In this document: positions 1 to 10,067 of the stretch, piece by piece | How positions within the stretch are numbered: position 1 is the stretch's first letter | Layout: the number at the start of each line of letters is the position of its first letter | Assembly: GCA_963674695.2 (NCBI GenBank) | Contig: CAXXGI010000003.1 | Span: 448,001-512,000 of the forward strand | Length of the DNA stretch: 64,000 nt | Source of the DNA: a bacterium | GTDB lineage: Bacteria; UBA10199; 2-02-FULL-44-16; JAAZCA01 | Reading direction: 5' to 3' | Program-made: the position numbers and the translations under genes | Notes under the pieces: model-generated | What the model saw: only the letters and a program-made list of their open reading frames with translations | Database searches by the model: none | Told to the model about the DNA's origin: nothing

Positions 1-429
1 GAGCAGATGATCGATATAGCGCGTCGCCGCCTGTTCCACGCGGCCGGCGATGAAGTGTGGCGTGTCCTCCAAGATCCAGACATAGCCGCTGACCTTCGAC
101 ATGATCTCGGTCGGAATCTCCTGAACCGTGTGCTTGCTCGTCATGATGAAGATCGGAATCTTGTCGTTGCGCGCGCGAATGGCATCGATGACATTCGTGG
201 CGTGATGACCTTTGGATTCGCCCGTCAGATCCCAGTCGAGCAGGATCGCGCAACACATCGTGTGCGAGAGAAAGATGGCGATGCCGTCGCGCGCGGTCGA
301 AGCGGTGGAGATTGAAAACTCCTCTTCCTCGAGACGCTCCATGACCTCGGCGATGCCGTGACCCGGGGCATTGTTCTGTCCCATGTCGCTATCGATGATG
401 ACGATATGAAAATCGCGGTGATTGAGCAT
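1..429 (-). CDS. Orn/Lys/Arg decarboxylase (PLP-dependent), N-terminal wing domain; runs off window edge
   Basis: Manual translation from ATG at 429 (RBS GAGGAAG): MLNHRDFHIVIIDSD...AILLDWDL...IRARNDKIPIFIMT...GYVWILEDTPHFIAGRV, typical of the receiver-like wing domain; directly downstream of an APC antiporter. Confidence 0.8.
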   Translation of the reverse strand, partial: MLNHRDFHIVIIDSDMGQNNAPGHGIAEVMERLEEEEFSISTASTARDGIAIFLSHTMCCAILLDWDLTGESKGHHATNVIDAIRARNDKIPIFIMTSKHTVQEIPTEIMSKVSGYVWILEDTPHFIAGRVEQAATRYIDHLL

Positions 430-448
430 GTCTCTTCCTCCTGAGTGT

Positions 449-1858
449 TTATCCCTTTGGGACCCAACTCGGTTTGCGAAATGCGTGCACGATCAGCGGA
501 ACGATGCAGGTGAGGACGATTCCCACCACCAGAAAAGCGATATAGCGAAAAGGACTTTCCGAGCCGGTCGGCGGAATGAAGCCGACGATGATGGCGAGCG
601 TTGCCCCCGCGATGCCGAGCCCCGCGACGATCCACATGCCGAAATTTCCCAGTGGAACGCGATAGGCGCGCGTGACGTCGGCGTGCGTGTAGCGCAAGCG
701 AATCGCCGAGATGAACATGAGCACGTACATGATCAGGTAGAGCTGGATGGTCAGTGCCGTGAGGATCCAGAAGGAGGCGCTCACCGACGGCATGAAGAGA
801 AAGACCATCGCGAGCACCGAGACGATGATCGCCTGCAGGATCAGAAGGGGGGCCGGCATGCCGTGGCGATTGGTGCGCTGAAAGAGCGGCGGCAGATCGC
901 CGTGCTCGGCGGTGGCCAGAAGCCCCTTGCTCGGTCCCACGATCCAGGTCGAGACCATGCCGAGCGCGCCCGCGGCGGTGAGCAGGGCGATGATCGGCAC
1001 GACCCAGGTGATGTGATAGGCGCGGAAGAACTGTTCGAAGGCCTCCATGACGCCGGCGGTCAGGCTGATCTGGTCCTTGGGCACGACAAACGAGATCGCC
1101 AACGATCCGAAGACGGTGATTACCAGGATGATGATTGCCGAGAGAAAGATCGCTCGCGGATAGTCGCGCTGCGGGTCTTTCACCTCCTGCGCGTGCACGG
1201 CCGACATCTCCATGCCGGCCAGTGCCAACAGCACCGCGACCAGATAGGTGAGATTCCCCATCTTGGTCAGATCCGGGATGAGGGCGCTCATCGAGAAGGG
1301 AATCTGCAGATCGTTGCCCTGTGCCAGCCAGACGATCCCCATGATGATGATGAGCGAACCGGGGATGATCGTTCCGGCGATGACGCCGACGGTGGAGATC
1401 AGCCCGCTGGCCTTCATGCCCAAGAGGTTGAGCAGCGTGAATCCCCAGAAGGCGACGAGGATGACGCCCAGGGCGAAGAATTTGTTGGAGGCCAGCTCCG
1501 GGTTGAAGACATAGGCGATGGTCGAGGCGGTAAACGACAGTATCGTTGGATACCAGATGACGTTTTCAAACCACTGCAGCCAGATGGCCAGAAATCCCCA
1601 ACGGGGTCCGAGCCCCTCCTTCACCCAGATGTAGACGCCGCCGGTTTGCGGCCAGCCGGTGGCGAGCTCTGCGGAGACGAGTGAGGTCGGGATGAAGAAA
1701 ACGATGCTGGCGACGGCGAAATAGAAGATGAGACTCCAGCCATATTCCGACATCGTGGCGAAGTTCTTGAGCGTGGCGATGGCCGCCACATTGATCATGG
1801 CGAGCGTGAAGACGGAGAGGACGCGACGATTCGAACCGTTTCCGCTGGCCATAGGCAT
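449..1858 (-). CDS. APC-family amino acid antiporter (GadC-like)
   Basis: About 12 hydrophobic segments; motifs SAELATGWPQTGGVYIWV and GMEMSAVHAQEVKDPQRDYPRA. Confidence 0.9.
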   Translation of the reverse strand: MPMASGNGSNRRVLSVFTLAMINVAAIATLKNFATMSEYGWSLIFYFAVASIVFFIPTSLVSAELATGWPQTGGVYIWVKEGLGPRWGFLAIWLQWFENVIWYPTILSFTASTIAYVFNPELASNKFFALGVILVAFWGFTLLNLLGMKASGLISTVGVIAGTIIPGSLIIIMGIVWLAQGNDLQIPFSMSALIPDLTKMGNLTYLVAVLLALAGMEMSAVHAQEVKDPQRDYPRAIFLSAIIILVITVFGSLAISFVVPKDQISLTAGVMEAFEQFFRAYHITWVVPIIALLTAAGALGMVSTWIVGPSKGLLATAEHGDLPPLFQRTNRHGMPAPLLILQAIIVSVLAMVFLFMPSVSASFWILTALTIQLYLIMYVLMFISAIRLRYTHADVTRAYRVPLGNFGMWIVAGLGIAGATLAIIVGFIPPTGSESPFRYIAFLVVGIVLTCIVPLIVHAFRKPSWVPKG

Positions 1859-2163
1859 TTCCCCCAGAGTGATTTCTCATTTCGTATCATACCTCTGTGG
1901 GAAATGCATCTCTATGTCTCCGGTGTGATTGGTTTTTTTGGATTTCGGGAAGGCGCGAGAAGCGGGGCGTTATGCGACGAGAGCCGATTTCTTGACGCCC
2001 ATGGGTGGCCCCTCACACGTGCTTCCACAGATGGCGATATCGAAATGCCGTAGGGCTCGCAGATGGCGATATAGCGGATGATGCGACTCACATAAATCGT
2101 GCTCGGTGCCGTTATTTTGGCATGAGTATTGCTCATAGAGATCGTGGTGCAAAAGGGGGCAGC

Positions 2164-5100
2164 ATGGACACCATTCATATGCGATTCATTCATCACATCC
2201 TTCGTTCCTTTCTCTCGATCATCATCGCAACGCTTATCACGCTCGGGGCCGCGATCACCGTGCGCGCCGCCGATGAAGTGCAGCCGCAGATCGATGTGCG
2301 GGCGATCTGTAAAACCGTCATGGACGAGGCCTCTTGTGCCAAGATCGAGAATATTCTGCGCAGCGGGTTTGTGCCGGTCTGGGCGATCAACGATGCGGGC
2401 GATGCGATTATGGTCGATGTGGTCTTTGACGGCAGCGTGAAGTTCCCCGAGGCGGCGGTGCTTCTGCGACAGGCCGGTGCTGTCGTCGAACAGGAGAAAT
2501 TCTTCTATGGCCGACGCATTCGCGCGAAGGTTTCCATCCCTGAGGAATACACGGTCCTGCTGCGCCTCATGCGCGGCGATACGGTTTCGGCCTCCGACCT
2601 GACGGCACTGGTCGTGGCGATCACGCATCTGTCCCCCCTGAATCCGAAGGCCGGGGTGAAGCCATATCTGGAGAAAATCGTTCAGAAACTGATCGGTTCG
2701 GTGAAGGCGGTTGCGCGTCTGAGCAGCGTGGCCCATATCGATCCCAAACCGACGCCGCCGCAGAACGAGAATGCGACGGCAGCACAACTCTCCCATATCG
2801 ACCTCATTCGCGATCCGGCCTCCTTCGATTTCGGCGATGGTTTCCCCTGGCCGAACGGCCTCACCGGCGGACTGCTCCTGTCCCCCGTGTCTATCGGCGT
2901 CTGGGACAGCGGGAAGGTCGACATCGATCACCGCGATTTCGGCGAACGCGTGACGGTCGTGGCGACGGATTATGCAGTGTCGGAACACTCCACCCACGTC
3001 TCCGGGACGATCGCCGGCGCGGGCGACGCGAACAGTGTGGGCGGCATGGCGCCCGAGGCGATCATCTATTCCTATTCGTATGGGGATCGCGATCTCTATG
3101 TGGGTGGAAATCCATATGTGCCCCCAGACGTCCCGCAGGAGATGAGCGACGCGGCGGTTGGAAAGCCCTCAAGCATTCTCGACGACCATCACGTGACGCT
3201 CTCGAACAACTCCTGGGGACGCGTCGTGGGGTTAAAGGGCGGTGACTGTGGTTATCCGAACTGGTCCGACTTCGGCGCCTATGATGGTCGGACACGTGCA
3301 TACGATGAGTTGGCGCGCAGCCGGTATCAGCTGCTGATCGTCAAATCCTCGGGCAACGATGGCAACGATAAGTTGACGGTGGATGTTGATCCGGACGAGG
3401 ATGACTATGATGAAAAAGTCAGGAAAGCGAAGAAGGAGAAGATCCGCTCCTGTTTCAGCGTGCCCGATACCGATCCGTTTGGCCTCATCGCCGCGGCGGC
3501 CTATCTCGTCTTCGAGAGCACCTACTGCGGTCCGGCGCGGATCTCCAATTCGCAGTGCGGTGATGCCTGGGACGGCGATCGGGATGTCTATGATGGCGTC
3601 CTCTGGAGCAGTCGTTATTACGATACGATCCCGCCCTGGGGCGTGGCCAAGAACGTCCTCACCGTCGGGGCGGTGCAGGATGACCTGGCGATCACCTCGT
3701 TCAGCTCTTCGGGTCCCACCAACGATGGGCGGATCAAACCGGATATCGTCGCCAACGGTCAGGGCCTTCGCTCGACGCTCCCCGGCGGTGGCTATGGATG
3801 GATGAGCGGGACGTCGATGTCCTCGCCGGTGGTCACCGGTGCGCTCGCGCTCCTGCAGGAGGCCTATCGGGGATACTTCAACGTGAGTCGTCCGCAGAGC
3901 TACATCATGAAGGCGCTCCTCATCCAGACGGCACAGGATCGCGGGCAGACCGGTCCCGACTTCTTCTATGGCCATGGCCTGCTCGATGCCGGAGCGGCCG
4001 TGCAGCTTTTGAAGGATCAGCGCGCCACGCTCGATGCGGGGGCGCTGGCCGGACTCGGCGATTCCTACACGCAGATCCTGCGCGCTTCGATCTCGAACGT
4101 CGGCGATCGCGTGGAGAAGGTGATCAACGTCGAGGCCTGGCCGACCGGTGGCCTCAAGGCCACGCTCGTCTGGCTCGATCCGGCCGGCAGCACGAGCGAC
4201 TGGACGAAGGTCCTGGTCAACGACCTGGATGTCGTGCTCACCGGTCCGGATGGAGAGAAGTATTATCCCTACACGATGCCGTATGCGCGCAAGGCTCATG
4301 AGAAGAAGTACTATAACGATAACGCCGTCCGCGATGCGCCCAATCATACCGACAATGTCGAGGTGATCGAGGTACGCAATCGTCCAGCGAGCTGGCAGGG
4401 GAAGTGGACGATTGCGGTGACGGCAAAAAAGAAGGAGGCGGGGGCGCAGTACTTCGCGCTCATCGCCAACGCGCCGATGACCGATGCCGGCACATCGTTT
4501 TCGCTCTCGCCGATGATCTACACCATCTTTGAGGTGGGGGAACGGGTCAAGAATGATCTTGAAAATCGGCGTGTGCGCACGACCGGTGATCAGGTTCACG
4601 TCTGGGTCGAAGTGCCGGATGCGAATCCGGATGATCCGCCGATTGTCACCGGACGACTCGACGGTAGTGCGTCGTCGACCGCGAACGAAAACATGGTGAT
4701 GGGACGGTACTTCGAAGTGCCGATCGCTTCGATCACGGAGGGGGAGCACGAATTCGTCATCGAAGCGGTGAGTGCGAGCGGCATCCGGCATGGGGCGACC
4801 GATCCCTATGCCGTTGTGCGCGACACCGCGCCGCCGCAGATCGAGGTGCTTTCCCATGCAGAGGGTTCGCATCGGGTGACCGAAACCCGGCAGACGATCG
4901 ATTTTGGCGTGACCGATGCGGGGCCGATCGAGAACGTGCGCTGCATCATGATCGGTCAGACCATCACTGCGACGGTGATCGAAGAGGGTCGTTTCTCCTG
5001 CACGATCGCCCTCGATGCCACGCGCATCGATGAAGAACAGCCCGTTACTATCAGCGCGCGCGACGATCTGAGCAACAGCGCGACGAAGAGCGTTTCATTT

Positions 5101-6297
5101 ATCCTCGTCGATGAAGAGGCGCCGGAGATCAGCGTGACTGCGCCGACCGATTCCGGTTCGTATATCTCGAACATCGGCGAAGAGCCGATGCTGACGATCA
5201 GCGGGAAGGCGCAGGACAACGTTGTGGTCGCGCACATCGAATATCTCGTCTTGAAGCGGAGTTGCCCGGAACGTTGCGAGGGGGAAGCCTGGATCGATGC
5301 TGGCGTGAGCCCTGGCGGGTCCTGGTCCTTTCCCGTCGATTTGGGTGATCGTGGGCCATATTGTGTTATCGTTCGTGCCGTCGATTCCAGCGGCAACAGC
5401 GATGAGGGTTCCTGCGCGATGCTCTCCATTCGTCGCTATACGCCCGATGCGCCAGTCGTCACGATCGATGCGCCAGCCTCACCTGACGAGGGTCGCGTAA
5501 GGCTCACCGGTCGCGCGGTCGATCCGGATGGAAATGAGCGCGGCATCGCCTCGATGCAATGGCGCGTTCGTGCGCCGAACGGAACGATTTCTTCGCTCGC
5601 CGATGTCGATGATCGGCGCGACGATGGCGAGCATGCGCAGCTCTTTTCGCTGCCGCTTCAACTGTCCGAGGGGATCAGTACCGTGACGATCATCGCCGTC
5701 GATGCCGATGGCCAGGAGGGTGCGGCCGATGTTGTCATCGATGTGCCGATCGTCGATCGCACGCCGCCGACGGTGACGATCACCGCACCGGAGGAGGGCT
5801 CTCATTCATCCGTCACGCGCGTGCGCGTGGAGGGGACGGCCACCGATGATGTCGCGATCGATCGGGTGGAAGTGCGCGTGAACGAGGGCGATCCGATTCT
5901 GGCGACCATCGATGGCGACCGGTTCTGGATCGAGGGCGTGTCGCTCATGACCGGTTCGAATACGATCACCGTCACCGCATTCGATACCGCTGACGAACCG
6001 CATTCGACCAGCGCGCAGGTCACGGTGACCTACGGCAAGTCGATCGTCGTCGGTGATGACGATGATGATGACACGGGCGATGATGACGACGATGATGTCA
6101 TCGATGACCAGCCGCGCGATGAGAACCCGGAACCGATCGAGGAACCCTCTCCGGAAGATGAGACGGGCGAACAGCCGGATTGGTTCACCTCCGGCCAGGA
6201 TGGCGACGACGACAGTGAACCGGAGCGAACCATGGCACCGCGCTCTCGCGCCAAGTCGGCATTCGGATGCAGTCTGATTATCCCCGAAGCCGATTGA
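2164..6297 (+). CDS. Secreted S8 (subtilisin-like) serine protease with C-terminal Ig-like repeats and acidic tail
   Basis: Signal peptide; catalytic motifs GVWDSG, EHSTHVSGTIAG, SGTSMSSP; AKNVLTVGA and GRIKPDIVANG; repeated D-x-x-P-P-x-(I/V)-x-I Ig-like starts; start set at ATG 2164 after AAGGGGG. Confidence 0.9.
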   Translation: MDTIHMRFIHHILRSFLSIIIATLITLGAAITVRAADEVQPQIDVRAICKTVMDEASCAKIENILRSGFVPVWAINDAGDAIMVDVVFDGSVKFPEAAVLLRQAGAVVEQEKFFYGRRIRAKVSIPEEYTVLLRLMRGDTVSASDLTALVVAITHLSPLNPKAGVKPYLEKIVQKLIGSVKAVARLSSVAHIDPKPTPPQNENATAAQLSHIDLIRDPASFDFGDGFPWPNGLTGGLLLSPVSIGVWDSGKVDIDHRDFGERVTVVATDYAVSEHSTHVSGTIAGAGDANSVGGMAPEAIIYSYSYGDRDLYVGGNPYVPPDVPQEMSDAAVGKPSSILDDHHVTLSNNSWGRVVGLKGGDCGYPNWSDFGAYDGRTRAYDELARSRYQLLIVKSSGNDGNDKLTVDVDPDEDDYDEKVRKAKKEKIRSCFSVPDTDPFGLIAAAAYLVFESTYCGPARISNSQCGDAWDGDRDVYDGVLWSSRYYDTIPPWGVAKNVLTVGAVQDDLAITSFSSSGPTNDGRIKPDIVANGQGLRSTLPGGGYGWMSGTSMSSPVVTGALALLQEAYRGYFNVSRPQSYIMKALLIQTAQDRGQTGPDFFYGHGLLDAGAAVQLLKDQRATLDAGALAGLGDSYTQILRASISNVGDRVEKVINVEAWPTGGLKATLVWLDPAGSTSDWTKVLVNDLDVVLTGPDGEKYYPYTMPYARKAHEKKYYNDNAVRDAPNHTDNVEVIEVRNRPASWQGKWTIAVTAKKKEAGAQYFALIANAPMTDAGTSFSLSPMIYTIFEVGERVKNDLENRRVRTTGDQVHVWVEVPDANPDDPPIVTGRLDGSASSTANENMVMGRYFEVPIASITEGEHEFVIEAVSASGIRHGATDPYAVVRDTAPPQIEVLSHAEGSHRVTETRQTIDFGVTDAGPIENVRCIMIGQTITATVIEEGRFSCTIALDATRIDEEQPVTISARDDLSNSATKSVSFILVDEEAPEISVTAPTDSGSYISNIGEEPMLTISGKAQDNVVVAHIEYLVLKRSCPERCEGEAWIDAGVSPGGSWSFPVDLGDRGPYCVIVRAVDSSGNSDEGSCAMLSIRRYTPDAPVVTIDAPASPDEGRVRLTGRAVDPDGNERGIASMQWRVRAPNGTISSLADVDDRRDDGEHAQLFSLPLQLSEGISTVTIIAVDADGQEGAADVVIDVPIVDRTPPTVTITAPEEGSHSSVTRVRVEGTATDDVAIDRVEVRVNEGDPILATIDGDRFWIEGVSLMTGSNTITVTAFDTADEPHSTSAQVTVTYGKSIVVGDDDDDDTGDDDDDDVIDDQPRDENPEPIEEPSPEDETGEQPDWFTSGQDGDDDSEPERTMAPRSRAKSAFGCSLIIPEAD

Positions 6298-6343
6298 ACC
6301 TTGTCGTTTGACATCGACCGTGGGCTCGCTTACACACTCGATT

Positions 6344-7039
6344 ATGGCACACGACAAAATCGAGAAGAGTTGTGAGGAGGCGGTGGCCGACATTGGCGAC
6401 GGCGCCTCCGTCATGGTCGGCGGATTCTCCGGGCGCGGCACGCCCTCGAACCTCCTGCTCGCTCTTCGTGCGCGCGGCCTCAAAGACCTCATTATCATTC
6501 GAAACGACGCCAGCGGCGGGTGGAAGAACCCGATCGATATCGATATTCTGCTCGAGGCGGGTCAGGTGAAGAAGGTGGTCACCTGCTTCGCCGTCTTCGG
6601 CAGTCCCAAGAAGATCAGTGCCCTGGAGCAGGCCGTCCTCGATGGCAGGACCGAGCTCGAACTCGTGCCGCAGGGGACGCTCGCCGAGCGTATCCGTGCA
6701 GGCGGTGCCGGCATCGGTGCGTTCTACACGCCGGTCGGCGTGGGTACGCTCGCCGCCGAGGGAAAAGAGGTGCGTGACATCGGCGGTCGCGAGATGCTCT
6801 TGGAACACGCACTCACGGCCGATTTTTCCCTCATCAAGGCTCATCGCTCGGATCGCATCGGCAATCTCGTCTATCGGAGGAGCACGTGCAATTTCAATCC
6901 GCACATGGCGATGGCCGCGAAGACGACCATTTGTGAGGCGGAGAACATCGTCGAAACGGGCGAGATCGATCCCGATCTGGTCATGACGCCCAGCATCTTC
7001 GTCCACCGCGTCGTGCACGTGCCCAGGAGCGCATCATGA
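6344..7039 (+). CDS. 3-oxoacid CoA-transferase subunit A
   Basis: MVGGFSGRGTP and ELVPQGTLAERIRAGGAGIGAFYTP motifs. Confidence 0.92.
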   Translation: MAHDKIEKSCEEAVADIGDGASVMVGGFSGRGTPSNLLLALRARGLKDLIIIRNDASGGWKNPIDIDILLEAGQVKKVVTCFAVFGSPKKISALEQAVLDGRTELELVPQGTLAERIRAGGAGIGAFYTPVGVGTLAAEGKEVRDIGGREMLLEHALTADFSLIKAHRSDRIGNLVYRRSTCNFNPHMAMAAKTTICEAENIVETGEIDPDLVMTPSIFVHRVVHVPRSAS

Positions 7040-7698
7040 AGGAACCCCTTTCACGCGAAGCCATGGCCACCCGCGTCGGCATCGAACTCGAGGACGGTTT
7101 TTACGTCAATCTCGGCATCGGCATGCCCATGCTCGTGGCTGAGCACATCCTGCCGGGCCGTCGCGTCCTCTTTCAGGCCGAGAACGGTGTCTTGGGCGTG
7201 GGTCCCTATCCGTCCGAGGATGCCATCGATCCCGATCTGGGCAACGCGGGCGATCAGGACATCACGCTTGTTCCGGGTGCCTGCACCTTCGACAGCATCA
7301 TCTCGTTCGGCATGATCGTGGGCGGGCATCTCGACGTGACGGTCTTGGGCGCGTTCCAGGTTTCGGCGAAGGGGGATCTGGCCAACTGGAAGCTGCCGCA
7401 GCGCACGGTGGGGAGCTACGGCGGCGCGATGGATCTCGCGGTGGGCGCCAAGCGCGTGATCGCGCTGATGCAGCATGTGACGCGCGATGGCGATCCGCGC
7501 GTGGTGACCTCCTGTAGTTATCCGCTCACCGCACCGCAGTGTGTCTCCATGATCGTCACCGACCTGGCTGTGATCGACGTTCTTCCAGAAGGACTCCTGC
7601 TGCGCGAGGTGGCTCCGGGCTGGACGGCCGCCGAGGTTCAGGAGCGAACGGAGGCGCCGCTCATCGTCGATCGCGTGAAGGAGTGGAAGACGATATGA
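7036..7698 (+). CDS. 3-oxoacid CoA-transferase subunit B
   Basis: YVNLGIGMP, QAENG (catalytic Glu), GDLANW, GGAMDL; ATGA overlap with subunit A. Confidence 0.92.
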   Translation: MKEPLSREAMATRVGIELEDGFYVNLGIGMPMLVAEHILPGRRVLFQAENGVLGVGPYPSEDAIDPDLGNAGDQDITLVPGACTFDSIISFGMIVGGHLDVTVLGAFQVSAKGDLANWKLPQRTVGSYGGAMDLAVGAKRVIALMQHVTRDGDPRVVTSCSYPLTAPQCVSMIVTDLAVIDVLPEGLLLREVAPGWTAAEVQERTEAPLIVDRVKEWKTI

Positions 7699-8459
7699 TC
7701 ATCAATATCATTCTCTTCATCATCATTATATTGATCTCCTTCGTCGTCGTGCGCATCGGCGCGATCGCCTTCGAGATCACGGGCATGGACTGGGATCAGG
7801 CGAAATTTCAGGCACTCTCCTGTTTTACCGGCACCGGCTTTACCACGCGCGAGGCGGAGATGGTCACCGTCGTTCCGCAGCGACGGCGGATCGCGACGTT
7901 TCTGATGATCTTGGGAAACGCTGGGTTCGTCACGTTGATCGCCGCGTTGGTCAATACCATGCGTCCGTCGACGTTCGTCGATGCCATCGAGATCCCCTTC
8001 ATCCATCGCCTCATTCCGGTGAGTTTGATGCCCTGGATCAAACTGGTTTTTTTGCTCCTGATGATCTTCGGCATCTACAAGCTCCTGACGAGCACGCGCC
8101 TGAGCCGTCGGATAACCATCATGTTGCGTGAGCGGATCATTCGTCGAAAAATCATCAAACCGACGACGCTTCAGGAGATGCTCGTCGGAACCGAGGGGTA
8201 TGGGGTCTCAACCATCGAGGTGGACACGAGAAGTCACATGCTCAACCAAAGCATTAAGGAATCAGATCTAAAGGAGCATGATATAATCATTCTTGCCGTC
8301 GAGCGTAAGGGGGCTATCATTCCAAACCCTGCGGCCGAGACGCGTATCCTGCTGCGCGACAAGCTCATCTGTTTTGGGAAGCTCGACAATATACGGAAGG
8401 AGGTCTATCCGGATATCTTGGAGAATGTCTCCGGTGAGGGGCCATCCACGTCATCATAG
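7695..8459 (+). CDS. Membrane protein with C-terminal TrkA-C (RCK-C) domain
   Basis: AKFQALSCFTGTGFTTREAE channel-like motif, TM segments, C-terminal IILAVERKG...IPNP...DKLICFG. Confidence 0.8.
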   Translation: MIINIILFIIIILISFVVVRIGAIAFEITGMDWDQAKFQALSCFTGTGFTTREAEMVTVVPQRRRIATFLMILGNAGFVTLIAALVNTMRPSTFVDAIEIPFIHRLIPVSLMPWIKLVFLLLMIFGIYKLLTSTRLSRRITIMLRERIIRRKIIKPTTLQEMLVGTEGYGVSTIEVDTRSHMLNQSIKESDLKEHDIIILAVERKGAIIPNPAAETRILLRDKLICFGKLDNIRKEVYPDILENVSGEGPSTSS

Positions 8460-8613
8460 AGCGGGGTGTTCGTGATCGAGGGTGAACGGATCCCCTGCTG
8501 ATGCCGTCAAATGGGGGTTTGGTGTGAAAAGGCCGTGAGAAGGCAAATAAATGCCTCCTTTTGGTCTTTTTTGCTTGAATGTGGTCAAGGCGTTCGTATA
8601 TACACCCCCTCCT

Positions 8614-9261
8614 ATGAAAAATACATCTCACTTCATCTTCGATCTCGATGGAACCGTCGTCAACCCCGGCACCGCTATTCCTCGTTGTATCAACTATGCG
8701 TTGCAGAAGCAGGGGGTAAAATCTGTTCCCATCGAGCGGCTCAAGCGCTACATCGGCTTCAACCTCGAGGGGATCTTCTCCGAGATCACCAAGCGGCGCG
8801 ACAAGCGTTTCCTCAAACAGTGCGTCGAGGCCTACCGCGAGCGCTTCCACAAAGAGGGGATCGCTGAGCATCGCCTCTATCCGGGTATCGTGGGTCTGCT
8901 CGAGGCCGCTGCCGATAAGGGGACGATGATCGTCGCCTCGATCAAGCCGAAGGTCTCCTGCGACATGGTTCTCGATCATCTCGGCATCAAGCCGATGTTC
9001 ACGTCGGTTTATGGCAGCGAGCTCTCGGGAAAATTGGCGAATAAGAACGATCTGATCAAGCATATCATGAAGACCGAGCGCATCCGGGCCGCGACCGTCA
9101 TCGGCGATCGGGGGCAGGATATCGAGGCCGCGAAGAAATGTTCCTGCACCACGATCGGTGTCTCCTATGGCTATGGCACGAAGGAAGAGCTCGTCAGTGC
9201 CGGTGCTGATTGTATCGCGGAGACGGTCGGCGAGCTGCGGCAGTATCTGATCACAACATGA
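8614..9261 (+). CDS. HAD-family hydrolase (phosphoglycolate phosphatase-like)
   Basis: FDLDGT motif I; IGDRGQDI motif; GVSYGYG. Confidence 0.88.
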   Translation: MKNTSHFIFDLDGTVVNPGTAIPRCINYALQKQGVKSVPIERLKRYIGFNLEGIFSEITKRRDKRFLKQCVEAYRERFHKEGIAEHRLYPGIVGLLEAAADKGTMIVASIKPKVSCDMVLDHLGIKPMFTSVYGSELSGKLANKNDLIKHIMKTERIRAATVIGDRGQDIEAAKKCSCTTIGVSYGYGTKEELVSAGADCIAETVGELRQYLITT

Positions 9262-10067
9262 ACGCATGTGATTCTACAAAAGTGAATGCCCTCGAACGGC
9301 GCCTCCAGCAGATGGAGAGCGCCGTCGTTGCGTTTTCGGGCGGCGTCGATTCCTCCGTGCTGCTGGCGATGGCCGAAAGGGTTTTGCCCGGTCGTCTGCT
9401 CGCGGCGACGGCTTCGTCGGCGAGCTTTCCGATGGCCGATGGGGAGGCGGTGGTTCGTTTTTGCGTCGAGCGCGGCATTGAACATCGGTTTGTTCAGACG
9501 CATGAATTCGAGGATCCTTCATTTACGGCAAACCCGGCGGATCGTTGCTATCATTGTAAACGACACCTCTATGCGGCCTTTGTCGCCGAGGCCGATCGCA
9601 GGGGATATCGATATGTCATCGAGGGGACCAACGCCTCGGATTTGCTCGGCCATCGGCCGGGAAACCGGGCTTCGCGTGAAAATGAGCGAATCGCAACGCC
9701 GCTCATCGACGCGGGGCTCACCAAGGCCGATGTTCGTGTCCTTGCCCGCGAGCTGGGTTTGCCGACAGCGGATAAACCCGCGGCGGCCTGTTTGGCATCG
9801 CGCGTGCCGACCGGAGAGCCGATCACGGAAGCGCTGCTGCGTCGCATCGATTGCGCCGAAGATGTGGTTCGAAGCTGCGGCATACGCCAGGTGCGCGTGC
9901 GGCATCAGGGCGATACCGCTCGCATCGAGGTCGGTCGGGATGAGCTGGGCATCTGCATCGAGCGGTGCGCCGAGATCGTGGCGAAGGTGCGCGAAGAGGG
10001 GTGGCGGTATGTGACGTTGGATCTCGAGGGCTATCGTCCCTCGGAACCATACACGAGGAACGCATGA
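9258..10067 (+). CDS. larE: ATP-dependent sacrificial sulfur transferase LarE
   Basis: PP-loop AFSGGVDS, RCYHCK, EGTNASDL...HRPG, ACLASR, QVRVRH. Confidence 0.88.
   Translation: MNACDSTKVNALERRLQQMESAVVAFSGGVDSSVLLAMAERVLPGRLLAATASSASFPMADGEAVVRFCVERGIEHRFVQTHEFEDPSFTANPADRCYHCKRHLYAAFVAEADRRGYRYVIEGTNASDLLGHRPGNRASRENERIATPLIDAGLTKADVRVLARELGLPTADKPAAACLASRVPTGEPITEALLRRIDCAEDVVRSCGIRQVRVRHQGDTARIEVGRDELGICIERCAEIVAKVREEGWRYVTLDLEGYRPSEPYTRNA

Noticed and set aside
422-1684. Long antisense ORFs over host genes (also 3232-4872, 16400-17506, 30925-32667, 10993-11415)
   Set aside because: Shadow ORFs of GC-rich or low-complexity genes with clear family motifs on the opposite strand.
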